Below are positions 1 through 9,219 of a stretch of 32,000 nt of DNA, piece after piece. The notes beneath the pieces are model-generated. The model saw nothing but the letters and a program-made list of their open reading frames with translations. It was not told the origin of the DNA and ran no database searches. Made by a program: the position numbers and the translations under genes. Origin of the DNA: Candidatus Saccharimonadota bacterium (lineage in GTDB: Bacteria > Pseudomonadota > Alphaproteobacteria > Rickettsiales > Anaplasmataceae); contig NZ_CP046580.1 of assembly GCF_013365495.1 (NCBI RefSeq), positions 270,001 to 302,000 of the forward strand, written 5' to 3'. Within the stretch, counting starts at the first letter, position 1. The number at the start of each line of letters is the position of its first letter.

Positions 1-522
1 TCTTAGACATTTAAGTTAGTAAGGAGGGAATAATATAGACAATATTTTGTTTTATATTGGTAATCATTTTATGTTTTTTATAAAATTTTAATTAAGTTAT
101 TTTTTTAAATAGGTCATAAACTTCCAGAAAGAAATTGTATATTAAAATTTGTATGATTGATAGTTAATTTTTTTAATGTTGATAAATATATACATATTTA
201 TATGAAATAAACAATAAACTTCACTTTCAAGTGATATGAAGATTTACTTTCCTTGCATTATTATTTTAGAAAATTATTGTACGTTTCTAATATAGTAATA
301 TCTAAACCAGTGTGTGTAGGTTTGTATTAATGATTAATCTCTACTTGCTAAGTTTAGATATGACTTTAAAGTTTATCTTTACTCTGTTTATTTCTTAATT
401 TAAAGGAGATTTTTATTAAAATTTTTAGTTGAAATTATCGGGTTGGTGAAGTTGTGTATAAATATTTTTTAATTTTTCATTAATTACTGAAGATAAAGTA
501 GTTGTTTTGATAAAACTTCTTT

Positions 523-550
523 AAATATTAGACTAAATATTAGACTAAAT
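523..550. repeat. Short tandem repeat, 12-bp unit AAATATTAGACT x 2.3
   Basis: Read directly: aaatattagact (523-534), aaatattagact (535-546), aaat (547-550). It lies in the 1.2-kb spacer upstream of the OMP gene. Confidence 0.8.
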
Positions 551-1116
551 TTAAGATTTTAATTTTGAGTATTGGTTTTAAAATATATAAATAGCTATGA
601 ATTTGTAAATGAGTTATAAAAATTACAATAAATCCTTTATTTTATTTTGGTTTGGATAAAATTTTTAAAGATAGATTTAAAGAATATGTTTATATTAATT
701 ATTTTAATATTAAAGCATTTGAAGATGTGGATAAGCTGTAGCTATAAAATGAAACAGTATTTATACATTACTTATGATAAAATGAGTTATATTCTTTACA
801 TAAACTTGATTTTAAGTTTTATTTTCTGTTTGAAGATAGATAAATTATTTTTGTTATAGATTATTTTGAATAGTGAAAGATAATTTTATAGGGTTGTAAA
901 GATTTATAAATTGATAGTTTTTGATGATTTAAATTTTAATGTTTTTATTTTGTATTTATGTATTTTATCGAGTAAGTTATAGTATTTGTGATATAGATAA
1001 TTAGTTAAAAGTATGTAAGTTTTAAATAAATTTGCATAGTAAAGTGTTTTTTTTTAATTAAAGTGTGTTTAGGATATTGCATTTTGTTTTTGTTTCAGCT
1101 ATAAGGTTGCTTTAAG

Positions 1117-1145
1117 TTGAGTTTACACTTTAAAAAATATATTAT
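1117..1145 (+). promoter_or_regulatory. Candidate sigma70-type promoter of the OMP gene (TTGAGT-N17-TATTAT)
   Basis: TTGAGT at 1117-1122, a 17-nt spacer, then TATTAT at 1140-1145, about 40 nt upstream of ATG 1189. Pattern match only; the AT-rich background gives many chance matches. Confidence 0.3.
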
Positions 1146-1188
1146 TTTATATTTGAGTAATGATTTTGAATTTTTTTGGGGGCACTTC

Positions 1189-3057
1189 ATGAAAAAATCT
1201 ACCTGTGTTAGGGCTATTTTAGCTTTTTTATTTACTTTATGTTTTAGCAGTTTTGCTGATAATTTTTCTAATGAAAATATGGAGGAAGTGAAAAAGCAAG
1301 AGGTAATAACAACTTCTGGAAGAATGGAAGTTATGAAAACATTAAACAAAAAACTAAAGGAGAAAATGGATAGAATATGTAATGTCCATTTGATAGAAGA
1401 AGGTGATGGGCTTAAGAAAAAAGAGGAGTTAAAGCTAGCGGCTAAGGAAGGGAAAGAAGAGGGAAAATTAGTAGATGAGAAAAAAACAGAAGCTTTAATC
1501 GTTAATGGTTCTAGTTTAGAGAGTTTTAAGGTTAATAATGATGATACTAAAGTTGAAGTTATAAAAGATAAAGATAATGTAAAAGTTATGAATCAGCATA
1601 TAGGAGAAGAAGATAAAACGAGTCTTATTGTTTCAGATGGAGATGTTGATGTTATTGATACTAATCAAGGAAAAGGTAGTTTAAAAATAATTTTTGGTGG
1701 AGTTGTCGATGCTCAAGGTTATGCTAAAATAGGACCAAGTGGTAAAGATTATAAATGTTATAATAGCATGATAGGTTGTTATATTAATTCTGATAATCAA
1801 GTAACAAGTTTAGGTCAAGTATTCAAGCAGATAGAAAGTGTTGGTAATTATAGCAATAATACGGGTATGATTACAGATGCAATGTTGCATTTAAAAGTAG
1901 AAAATAAAAATGAGGATTTAGGATTTTTGTATGGTGCGGATGTGCAACTTCAGGTTCCGGTTACTGAGGGTAAAGGAGCTTCACAGGGTATAAATGTGAT
2001 AAAAAGTAGGAGTGCACATTTGTTTTTGAATTCAAAGTATGGTGACTTAAAACTTGGTTATCAATTTGGTCCTGAAGCTTTAATGAGGCTTGATGCAACT
2101 AGAATTGCTACTGTTGATGGGGCTGCAGACAGTAATTGGTTTAAAAGAGTAAACTTGGAGGGAATTAATAAGAATTTTCCGTTTTATGTAACACCACGTC
2201 TTTATAGTGAAAGTTTTTCAAGTGGGAGTGAAACTTTTTCTTTTTATATGGCGGAGAAATATCATAAAGATGTTATGACTACATTGCCATTTAGAGTTGT
2301 TTACTACTCACCAAATTATATGGGTATAAAGTTTGGTATTGGTTATTCACCTCGCTATGACAGTAGTTTATTTGTTGTAGAGAATAAAAGACATGTTGGT
2401 TCTGATTATGAGCATATAGTAAGTGCTGGTATATTATATGAGTACGACTTGAAGAAGCATGGTATAAAAGTTAAAACTTCTATGGTTGGTGAGTATGGTT
2501 TGCCTAAACAACTAAATGAAAATCAACTTTTTTATAATGAGTACATAGAATACAATAACTTAATGGGCGTTAATTTGGGTATAAGTGCTGACTATAAGGT
2601 TAATGAGAATGAAGATATCAAACTTGCTGCATCATTTGCGTATTTAGGAAAATCTGATTACCCAAAGAGTATTAAGAAGTTAATAAATGGTAATTATCAA
2701 GAGTTTGGAACTGGTATTATTGATCACAATGGAGAAGAAATAAAAAAGTTAGAAGTAGTTAAATTTAAAGATAATGATGGAAGCACTATGTATTGGACTA
2801 CAGGTGCTAGTTATCAATATGATAACCTCTATACAAGTTTAGTTTATTTTGGCAGCAAAACAGGTAATGGAAATAAACTTCATGATATTGCGTTTGGTGT
2901 TCAATATAATCTTTCTTCTACGTGTGAAAGAGGTAAATTTATTCCTTATGCAGTTTTTCATTATTTTGTAACTGATGATAAGGTATATGAAGAAAAGCGC
3001 ACTGCTGTATCTAATAAAGGAGTGTTATTTCTTACTGGTGTGAAATTTTCTTTTTAA
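1189..3057 (+). CDS. Predicted outer-membrane beta-barrel (porin-like) protein with a charged N-terminal extension
   Basis: Track ORF 1117..3057. I place the start at ATG 1189, with GGGGG 6 nt upstream. MKKSTCVRAILAFLFTLCFSSFA looks like a cleavable signal peptide. About 170 aa rich in K/E/D follows. The rest is G/Y/N/S-rich with alternating hydrophobic residues and ends in ...LTGVKFSF. A terminal Phe is the classic beta-barrel OMP C-terminal signature. Confidence 0.75.
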   Translation: MKKSTCVRAILAFLFTLCFSSFADNFSNENMEEVKKQEVITTSGRMEVMKTLNKKLKEKMDRICNVHLIEEGDGLKKKEELKLAAKEGKEEGKLVDEKKTEALIVNGSSLESFKVNNDDTKVEVIKDKDNVKVMNQHIGEEDKTSLIVSDGDVDVIDTNQGKGSLKIIFGGVVDAQGYAKIGPSGKDYKCYNSMIGCYINSDNQVTSLGQVFKQIESVGNYSNNTGMITDAMLHLKVENKNEDLGFLYGADVQLQVPVTEGKGASQGINVIKSRSAHLFLNSKYGDLKLGYQFGPEALMRLDATRIATVDGAADSNWFKRVNLEGINKNFPFYVTPRLYSESFSSGSETFSFYMAEKYHKDVMTTLPFRVVYYSPNYMGIKFGIGYSPRYDSSLFVVENKRHVGSDYEHIVSAGILYEYDLKKHGIKVKTSMVGEYGLPKQLNENQLFYNEYIEYNNLMGVNLGISADYKVNENEDIKLAASFAYLGKSDYPKSIKKLINGNYQEFGTGIIDHNGEEIKKLEVVKFKDNDGSTMYWTTGASYQYDNLYTSLVYFGSKTGNGNKLHDIAFGVQYNLSSTCERGKFIPYAVFHYFVTDDKVYEEKRTAVSNKGVLFLTGVKFSF

Positions 3058-3560
3058 ATATTAGTGTTAAAGCACATACTACTTTAAATGTGATGGTGCT
3101 TTCTAGGTATTAGTATAGTATTATTAATATAATAATAAATTTAATGAAGAATTTTAATTTTGTGTTACTAAGATTATTTTGAGTAAATTTTTTTGTATGT
3201 TGTTACAACACTAATAAATAATTAAATGAAGATTATTGTGTACTTTGTTGTAATGCTTAGAAATTTATAAAATGAAAAAAAATTTAAAAAAGACTACTTC
3301 TAAAGTTAATTGTTTATTTATTTTCTATAGATATATTTAAGAACTGGAGTATGTTTTTATTTATTAAATAAACATTAGAATTTTAAAATTAATATATATA
3401 GTGTAAAAAATAGATAATTACTATATCGAGTAGGTTGTTTATACTTTTTTAAATAACTTGAAAGTTAAATAAAGTTATTTTTATTAGGTTAAAGAGAATG
3501 AGCAAAATTTATCAAGTAACTTTTTATTGAATCTGGTATGCCTTGCTATTAGGAACTTTA

Positions 3561-3588
3561 TTGACTTTAGTGATAATTGCCTTAAATT
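3561..3588 (+). promoter_or_regulatory. Candidate promoter of the nuoJ operon (TTGACT-N16-TAAATT)
   Basis: TTGACT at 3561-3566 and TAAATT at 3583-3588, about 30 nt upstream of ATG 3621. Pattern match only. Confidence 0.3.
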
Positions 3589-3620
3589 AGTAGCTATTGT
3601 TACAATCAAAGTATTAATGG

Positions 3621-4208
3621 ATGACTTTTTTCTTTTATTTTTTTGCATTTCTTAGCATCTTATCTGCTGTTTATGTGATCAGTGTAAAAAATCCTGTGTA
3701 TGCAGTGTTATCTTTAATTATTACTTTTGTTAACTCTGTAGTTCTTTTTATTCTTCTTGGAGCTGAGTTTATTGCTATGGTAATGTTAGTGGTATATATA
3801 GGTGCAGTTGCAGTGTTATTCCTCTTTGTAGTTATGATGCTTGATGTTGACTATATAAGGCTACGTTATGGTTTTACAAAACATTTAGTTCTCAGTGTTA
3901 TATTATCTGTTATATTTTTTTTAGTTATTAATTTTATAATTCGTAGTTCAGCACTGAGTATAAATAATATTATAAACTATAATATAAGTAATGTAAAAGC
4001 CATTGGTGATTTGTTGTATACTGATTACATGTATGCCTTTCATCTTTCTGGTATTTTATTGCTTGTGGCAATTATTGGTGCAGTTGTTCTTACTTTACAA
4101 GACAAAAAAAAAGGAGTTAAAAAGCAAAACATGTTAAAACAGTTAACTAAGTCCTCATCTATAAAATTAGTTAAGGCTAAGTTTGGAAAAGGAGTGAAAT
4201 GGAAATAA
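3621..4208 (+). CDS. nuoJ: NADH-quinone oxidoreductase subunit J
   Basis: 195-aa polytopic membrane protein with the [29 protein letters not shown] motif typical of NuoJ/ND6. First gene of the J-K-L-M-N order. Confidence 0.9.
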   Translation: MTFFFYFFAFLSILSAVYVISVKNPVYAVLSLIITFVNSVVLFILLGAEFIAMVMLVVYIGAVAVLFLFVVMMLDVDYIRLRYGFTKHLVLSVILSVIFFLVINFIIRSSALSINNIINYNISNVKAIGDLLYTDYMYAFHLSGILLLVAIIGAVVLTLQDKKKGVKKQNMLKQLTKSSSIKLVKAKFGKGVKWK

Positions 4209-4507
4209 GATTAGATCATTTTTTAGTAGTTGCGGCTGTTTTATTCACTATTGGGGTGTGTGGTATTCTTTTCAATCGCAAGAGTATAATCAATGTACTG
4301 CTATCAATAGAAATATTGTTATTGGCAATTAATATCAATTTAGTTGCTTTTTCTGCTTTTATGAATGATATAATCGGACAAATTTTTGTCATATTTGTGT
4401 TAACTGTTGCAGCAGCTAAGTCAGGAATAGGGCTTGCAATATTAGTTATGTATTATAGAAATCGAGGCAATATAGATATTGAGCGTGTAAACTTAATGAA
4501 GGAATAA
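4199..4507 (+). CDS. nuoK: NADH-quinone oxidoreductase subunit K
   Basis: 102 aa with three predicted TM helices and the family motifs LSIEILLLA and VAAA-x-SGIGLAIL. Overlaps the end of nuoJ by 10 nt. Codon 74 is Lys where the family normally has Glu (see findings). Confidence 0.9.
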   Translation: MEIRLDHFLVVAAVLFTIGVCGILFNRKSIINVLLSIEILLLAININLVAFSAFMNDIIGQIFVIFVLTVAAAKSGIGLAILVMYYRNRGNIDIERVNLMKE

Positions 4508-4510
4508 AAT

Positions 4511-6373
4511 ATGATGAATATACTGAAATTGATAGTATTTTTGCCACTTTTTGGTTCGTTATTTTCAGCCTTTTTGAGAAAAGGTATTTTTGGTCAGTTG
4601 ATTACGACTATAGGAGTTGGGATATCTATGGTTTTATCTTGGTATATTTTTTTTACTTTTTCTGAAAATTATCACTTAAATTTATTTCCTTTGCTTTCAT
4701 TAAGTAGGTTAAGAGTAAATTGGGCAATTAGTATAGATGCTCTTTCGTCTTTAATGTTAGTTATTGTTACTACTGTTTCATTAGTAGTTCATCTTTACTC
4801 TATTGGTTATATGGAACATGATAAAGGAAAATTAAGATTCTTCTCTTATTTGTCGCTATTTACATTTTGTATGATTGTTCTAGTTGTGAGTGATAATTTT
4901 GTACAGCTTTTTTTTGGTTGGGAAGGGGTTGGTTTATGCTCTTATTTACTTATAGGGTTTTGGTTTCAAAAATGTTCTGCAAATAATGCAGCACTTAAAG
5001 CATTTATTACAAATAGAGTAGGAGATTTTGCACTATTAATTGGAATTTTTCTTATTTATTATACATTTTATTCGTTAAATTTCACTGAAATTTTTGATGT
5101 GGTTGATTTTTTTACTACAAAAAGTGTTAGGATGTTCTACATTAAATTTGAAGTTATTCATATAATATGTATATTGCTTTTTATTGGTTGTATGGGAAAA
5201 TCTGCTCAACTGGGCTTACATATTTGGTTGCCAGATGCAATGGAAGGGCCAACTCCTGTTTCTGCTCTCATTCATGCAGCAACGATGGTGACAGCAGGTG
5301 TGTTCTTAGTAGCAAAATGTTCTCCACTGTTTGAACTATCGAATGTAGCACGAGAATTAATAGTTATTGTTGGTGTACTTACTGCTTTTTTTGCAGCCAC
5401 TGTTGCAATTACTCAGAATGATATAAAAAAAATAATTGCTTATTCTACTTGCAGCCAACTCGGTTATATGTTCGTAGCATGTGGCCTTTCTGCTTATAAT
5501 GTTGCTATTTTTCATTTGATGACGCATGCCTTTTCAAAAGCTTTGCTATTTCTTAGTGCAGGCAACGTAATTCATGTAATGCACTGTGAACAAAATATTC
5601 AAAAAATGGGAAATTGCTGGAGGAGGATTCCTTATACCTGTGCTTCTATGTGGATTGGGTCTCTTGCTCTTTCTGGAATATTTCCATTTGCAGGTTTTTA
5701 CTCAAAAGATTTGCTGATTGAGCATGCTTATGATACAAATAGTCTTGTTTTTATAATGAGTTTGATTATTACATTTTTTACAGCATTTTACTCTTGGAGA
5801 GTATTGCTTCTTGTTTTTCATAGTCAAAAAAAAAGTCAAGTTAATATACATGAAGCACCAATAATTATGCTTATGCCGCTATTAATACTTGCTTTTGGGT
5901 CATTGTTTTCTGGAATATGGGGAACAAATGTTTTAGACATCACTAGTGATATATTTTGGAAGTCAAGCTTAGTAGTTGTTAATAAGTATGGAGTGCATGA
6001 TTTTTATTTTTTTGTAAAATTGCTGCCAACTTTAACAAGTTTAAGTGGAATAGCACTTGCATGCTTAATTTATTATTGTCAAATAATTAAACAGATTAAA
6101 AGTGAATTTTTACTTAAATTTATGAAAAATAAATGGTATTTTGATGAGGTATATGAATTTTGTATAGTTGTGCCAATTAGATTTATATCTAAGCTTCTAT
6201 ACAAATTTGATATTAAGGCTATTGATTCATTCGGGATAAACAGTATCATAAAATTGGTTAATGGATGTTCAGAAAATTCTATAAAATTACAAACTGGCTA
6301 TATATTTGATTATGCCTTTATTATGTTGATTGCTTTAATAGTCAGTGTTTTGTGTGTTATTGGAATTAAATAA
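4511..6373 (+). CDS. nuoL: NADH-quinone oxidoreductase subunit L
   Basis: 620 aa. Antiporter-like subunit motifs are present: FFGWEGVGLCSYLLIGFW, WLPDAMEGPTPVSALIHAATMVTAGVFL and AYSTCSQLGYM. Confidence 0.95.
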   Translation: MMNILKLIVFLPLFGSLFSAFLRKGIFGQLITTIGVGISMVLSWYIFFTFSENYHLNLFPLLSLSRLRVNWAISIDALSSLMLVIVTTVSLVVHLYSIGYMEHDKGKLRFFSYLSLFTFCMIVLVVSDNFVQLFFGWEGVGLCSYLLIGFWFQKCSANNAALKAFITNRVGDFALLIGIFLIYYTFYSLNFTEIFDVVDFFTTKSVRMFYIKFEVIHIICILLFIGCMGKSAQLGLHIWLPDAMEGPTPVSALIHAATMVTAGVFLVAKCSPLFELSNVARELIVIVGVLTAFFAATVAITQNDIKKIIAYSTCSQLGYMFVACGLSAYNVAIFHLMTHAFSKALLFLSAGNVIHVMHCEQNIQKMGNCWRRIPYTCASMWIGSLALSGIFPFAGFYSKDLLIEHAYDTNSLVFIMSLIITFFTAFYSWRVLLLVFHSQKKSQVNIHEAPIIMLMPLLILAFGSLFSGIWGTNVLDITSDIFWKSSLVVVNKYGVHDFYFFVKLLPTLTSLSGIALACLIYYCQIIKQIKSEFLLKFMKNKWYFDEVYEFCIVVPIRFISKLLYKFDIKAIDSFGINSIIKLVNGCSENSIKLQTGYIFDYAFIMLIALIVSVLCVIGIK

Positions 6374-6375
6374 AA

Positions 6376-7827
6376 GTGTTACTGTTTGCTATATTCTTGC
6401 TTCCATTAATAGGAGCATTAATCTTATCTTTAATTAAGGTTAATTATGAATCTATATACTTAAAATTTCTTGCTTTATTTTTTGTTGTACTTCCATTGTT
6501 GCTTAGTATTCTAACTTGTATAAAGTTTAATTATGATAATACAGGTTTTCAGTTTATTAGTTACCCAATTAAAAATGTTGGAATAGGGGTAGATGGTATA
6601 TCATTACTTTTTCTTTTGCTTACAACTTTTTTATTTGGTGTTTGTATACTTTACAATTGTAAGATGCGTTATAAGTCTTTGAAGCAATATATGGCATTAT
6701 TTTTATTGCTTGAAAGTTTTGTAATTGGTTTCTTTATTTCATTAAATGCTATGAGTTTTTATGTATTCTTTGAAGCTGTCTTAGTTCCCATGTTTTTTAT
6801 TATTGGTATTTGGGGAGGAAAGTATAGAATATATGCAACGTTCAAGTTATTTCTTTATACTCTTACTGGTTCATTATTATTTTTGCTTGGGTTAGTGTAT
6901 GTTTATAGTATTTTTAAAACGTTAGATATACAGGATCTTGCTACATTAATGCCAAGTCTTAACTTTAGAGTACAATCTTTGTTATGGATTATATTTTTTA
7001 TTTCTTTTGCAATAAAAGTTCCAATATTTCCATTTCATACTTGGCTTCCTGATGCACATGTAGAGTCACCAACTTCTGGCTCCGTAATTTTAGCTGGTTT
7101 GCTTATAAAAATGGGAGGATATGGATTTTTAAGGTTTTCTATTCCAATGCTTCCTCAGGCAAGTTCATATTTTTCAAATTTTGTTATTATACTTAGCATT
7201 ATTACAGGAATTTATACTTCACTAGTTGCGTTTGCCCAAGATAATATAAAAAAGTTGATAGCCTATTCCTCAGTAGCGCATATGGGGGTTGTTACTGCTG
7301 GTCTTTTTTCATTTTGTGAAGAAGGTGTACTAGGTGCTATATTTCATATGATTAGTCATGGTCTTATTTCTGCTGCTTTATTTTTATGTGTAGGAATGCT
7401 CTATACTAGAACTCGAACATTAGAGATTGTGAAGCATTTTGGCATAGCTAATACTATGCCAAAATTTAGTTTTATGTTCATTTTATTTTCAATGGCTTCA
7501 ATAGGACTTCCTGGAACTGCTGGATTTATAGGTGAGTTTTTAACTATGATTGGAGTGTTTAAGAGTATAGGTCTTTTTACAGGATTTATTACACTTGGTA
7601 CTATTTTAAGTGCAGTTTATATGCTAAATTTATGCAAACAAATAATATGGGGAGGGGAGGGTAATGGCTATTTTAAGTTATTAAATAATCGTTTAGATGT
7701 CATAGAATTTTTTGTTCTAATTTTGCTTGCAATATTTGTTATTTTGCTTGGATTTTATCCAACTTTTGCACTAAGTTATTTAAAACCATGTATGACAAAT
7801 TTATTAGTCAAATATAATACTTTATGA
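6376..7827 (+). CDS. nuoM: NADH-quinone oxidoreductase subunit M
   Basis: 483 aa with a GTG start 2 nt after the nuoL stop. Motifs FFEAVLVPMFFIIGIWGG, HTWLPDAHVESPTSGSVILAG and AYSSVAHMG. Confidence 0.95.
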   Translation: MLLFAIFLLPLIGALILSLIKVNYESIYLKFLALFFVVLPLLLSILTCIKFNYDNTGFQFISYPIKNVGIGVDGISLLFLLLTTFLFGVCILYNCKMRYKSLKQYMALFLLLESFVIGFFISLNAMSFYVFFEAVLVPMFFIIGIWGGKYRIYATFKLFLYTLTGSLLFLLGLVYVYSIFKTLDIQDLATLMPSLNFRVQSLLWIIFFISFAIKVPIFPFHTWLPDAHVESPTSGSVILAGLLIKMGGYGFLRFSIPMLPQASSYFSNFVIILSIITGIYTSLVAFAQDNIKKLIAYSSVAHMGVVTAGLFSFCEEGVLGAIFHMISHGLISAALFLCVGMLYTRTRTLEIVKHFGIANTMPKFSFMFILFSMASIGLPGTAGFIGEFLTMIGVFKSIGLFTGFITLGTILSAVYMLNLCKQIIWGGEGNGYFKLLNNRLDVIEFFVLILLAIFVILLGFYPTFALSYLKPCMTNLLVKYNTL

Positions 7828-9218
7828 AGTATGTACAGATATTGCCGGAGATTTTTTCTGTTATCTCTTCATTAGTATTATTGTTGCTCGGAATTGTATT
7901 TAGCCGTCGTATTATTAATTTGTTAGCACTTAGTTGTACAGTGATAACTTTGGCGATTTTAATTTTTTCAGCGGAAAGCAGTGAAGTTTTTTTCTTTAAT
8001 GCATTATTAAAACTTAATTTATATATTAGGTCGGCTCAAGGGTTAATTCTTATCATAGGAATGTTAGCATTTTTAATGCTGGATTTATCAAAATATAACT
8101 ATGAGTATGAATTTTCAATACTGGTTCTTTTTGCTCTATTTAGTATGATAACTTTAGTTTCAACAAATAGTTTGATTTCTTTTTATTTGGCCTTTGAATT
8201 AATGAGTATATCTTTATATATCCTTGCAAGCTTTAATAAAAATTCGATATATTCATGTGAGGCAGGGATAAAATATTTTACGCTTAGTGTGTTGTTCTCT
8301 TGTGTAATGCTATATGGGATTTCGCTGCTTTATGGATATACAGGGAAAATTGATTTTTCCCAATTAAGCTTATTTATACAGAACTATCAGGTAACTTATG
8401 GAGCAATTTTAGGAATAATTTTTATTCTTATTGGTTTATGTTTTAAACTTGCTATTGTTCCTTTTCATGTATGGGTTCCAGATGTATATCAGGGTGCTCC
8501 TACTATAGTCACTATGTTTTTTTCTACCGCTCCTAAGGCTGCACTTATAACATTTTTAATTCGATTAATGAATGAAGAATTAATAAATATAAAAAATTAT
8601 ATTCAATATATTTTTTTATATTTTTCAGCATTGTCTGTACTTATTTCTGCATTTGGAGCTTTGCGACAAAGAAATTTAAAAAGATTGTTTGCTTATAGTT
8701 CAATTGGCCATGTTGGTTTCATGCTTGCCTCGCTTTCTGTTTTTACACGTATGGGTATAGATAGTTCTTTGATATATTTAATAATATATATTGTTACAAG
8801 TATAGGATTATTCGCATGTTTTATACAAATGGATGATGATGATTGTAATGTTGCTAATTTAGCTGGTATTGGAAGGAAATATCCAATTTTGGCTTTTCAT
8901 CTTTCTATATTGTTATTTTCAATGGCGGGAATACCACCGCTTGCAGGTTTTTTAGCTAAGCTTTTTGTGTTTAAAAGTTTGATAACTTCAGGTTTTGTTA
9001 GTTTATCTTTTGTCCTTATAATAGCAAGTATTATATCATGTTACTATTACTTAAACATCATAAAAGTTATGTATTTTGATAATCAGGTTAATGATAGGAT
9101 TGCTTATTCTAATGGTTTATTTATTATTACTTCAATTGCCTCCTTAATCAATATAGTTTTTTTTATATGTGCGGAAAATTTATATTCGTTAATTCATTTA
9201 GTAACTAAAGGGTTATAA
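7824..9218 (+). CDS. nuoN: NADH-quinone oxidoreductase subunit N
   Basis: 464 aa. ATGA overlap with the nuoM stop. Motifs FELMSISLYILA, PFHVWVPDVYQGAPT and AYSSIGHVGFM. Confidence 0.95.
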   Translation: MKYVQILPEIFSVISSLVLLLLGIVFSRRIINLLALSCTVITLAILIFSAESSEVFFFNALLKLNLYIRSAQGLILIIGMLAFLMLDLSKYNYEYEFSILVLFALFSMITLVSTNSLISFYLAFELMSISLYILASFNKNSIYSCEAGIKYFTLSVLFSCVMLYGISLLYGYTGKIDFSQLSLFIQNYQVTYGAILGIIFILIGLCFKLAIVPFHVWVPDVYQGAPTIVTMFFSTAPKAALITFLIRLMNEELINIKNYIQYIFLYFSALSVLISAFGALRQRNLKRLFAYSSIGHVGFMLASLSVFTRMGIDSSLIYLIIYIVTSIGLFACFIQMDDDDCNVANLAGIGRKYPILAFHLSILLFSMAGIPPLAGFLAKLFVFKSLITSGFVSLSFVLIIASIISCYYYLNIIKVMYFDNQVNDRIAYSNGLFIITSIASLINIVFFICAENLYSLIHLVTKGL

Positions 9219-9219
9219 A

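Noticed and set aside
1-40. Possible gene end or start at the left edge (a TAG at 4-6, or a minus-strand ATG at 10-8) and a strong AAGGAGG at 22-28
   Set aside because: Too little sequence is visible to call a gene. The AAGGAGG is not followed by ATG, GTG or TTG within a usable distance.
647-859. Track ORF of 70 aa in the leftmost spacer
   Set aside because: Its Ile/Leu/Lys/Tyr-dominated composition is what AT-rich non-coding DNA yields. It has no ribosome-binding site and no motif.
1095-1349. Track ORF of 84 aa on the minus strand overlapping the OMP start, and the 1117 start of the OMP ORF
   Set aside because: The minus-strand ORF is a shadow of the OMP gene. The first 24 codons from 1117 (MSLHFKKYIILYLSNDFEFFWGHF) precede a canonical signal peptide whose own ATG (1189) has a G-rich ribosome-binding site.
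3069-3102. Hairpin AAAGCAC...GTGCTTT after the OMP gene as a possible terminator
   Set aside because: It has a 7-bp stem with a 20-nt loop and no following T-run, so it is not convincing.
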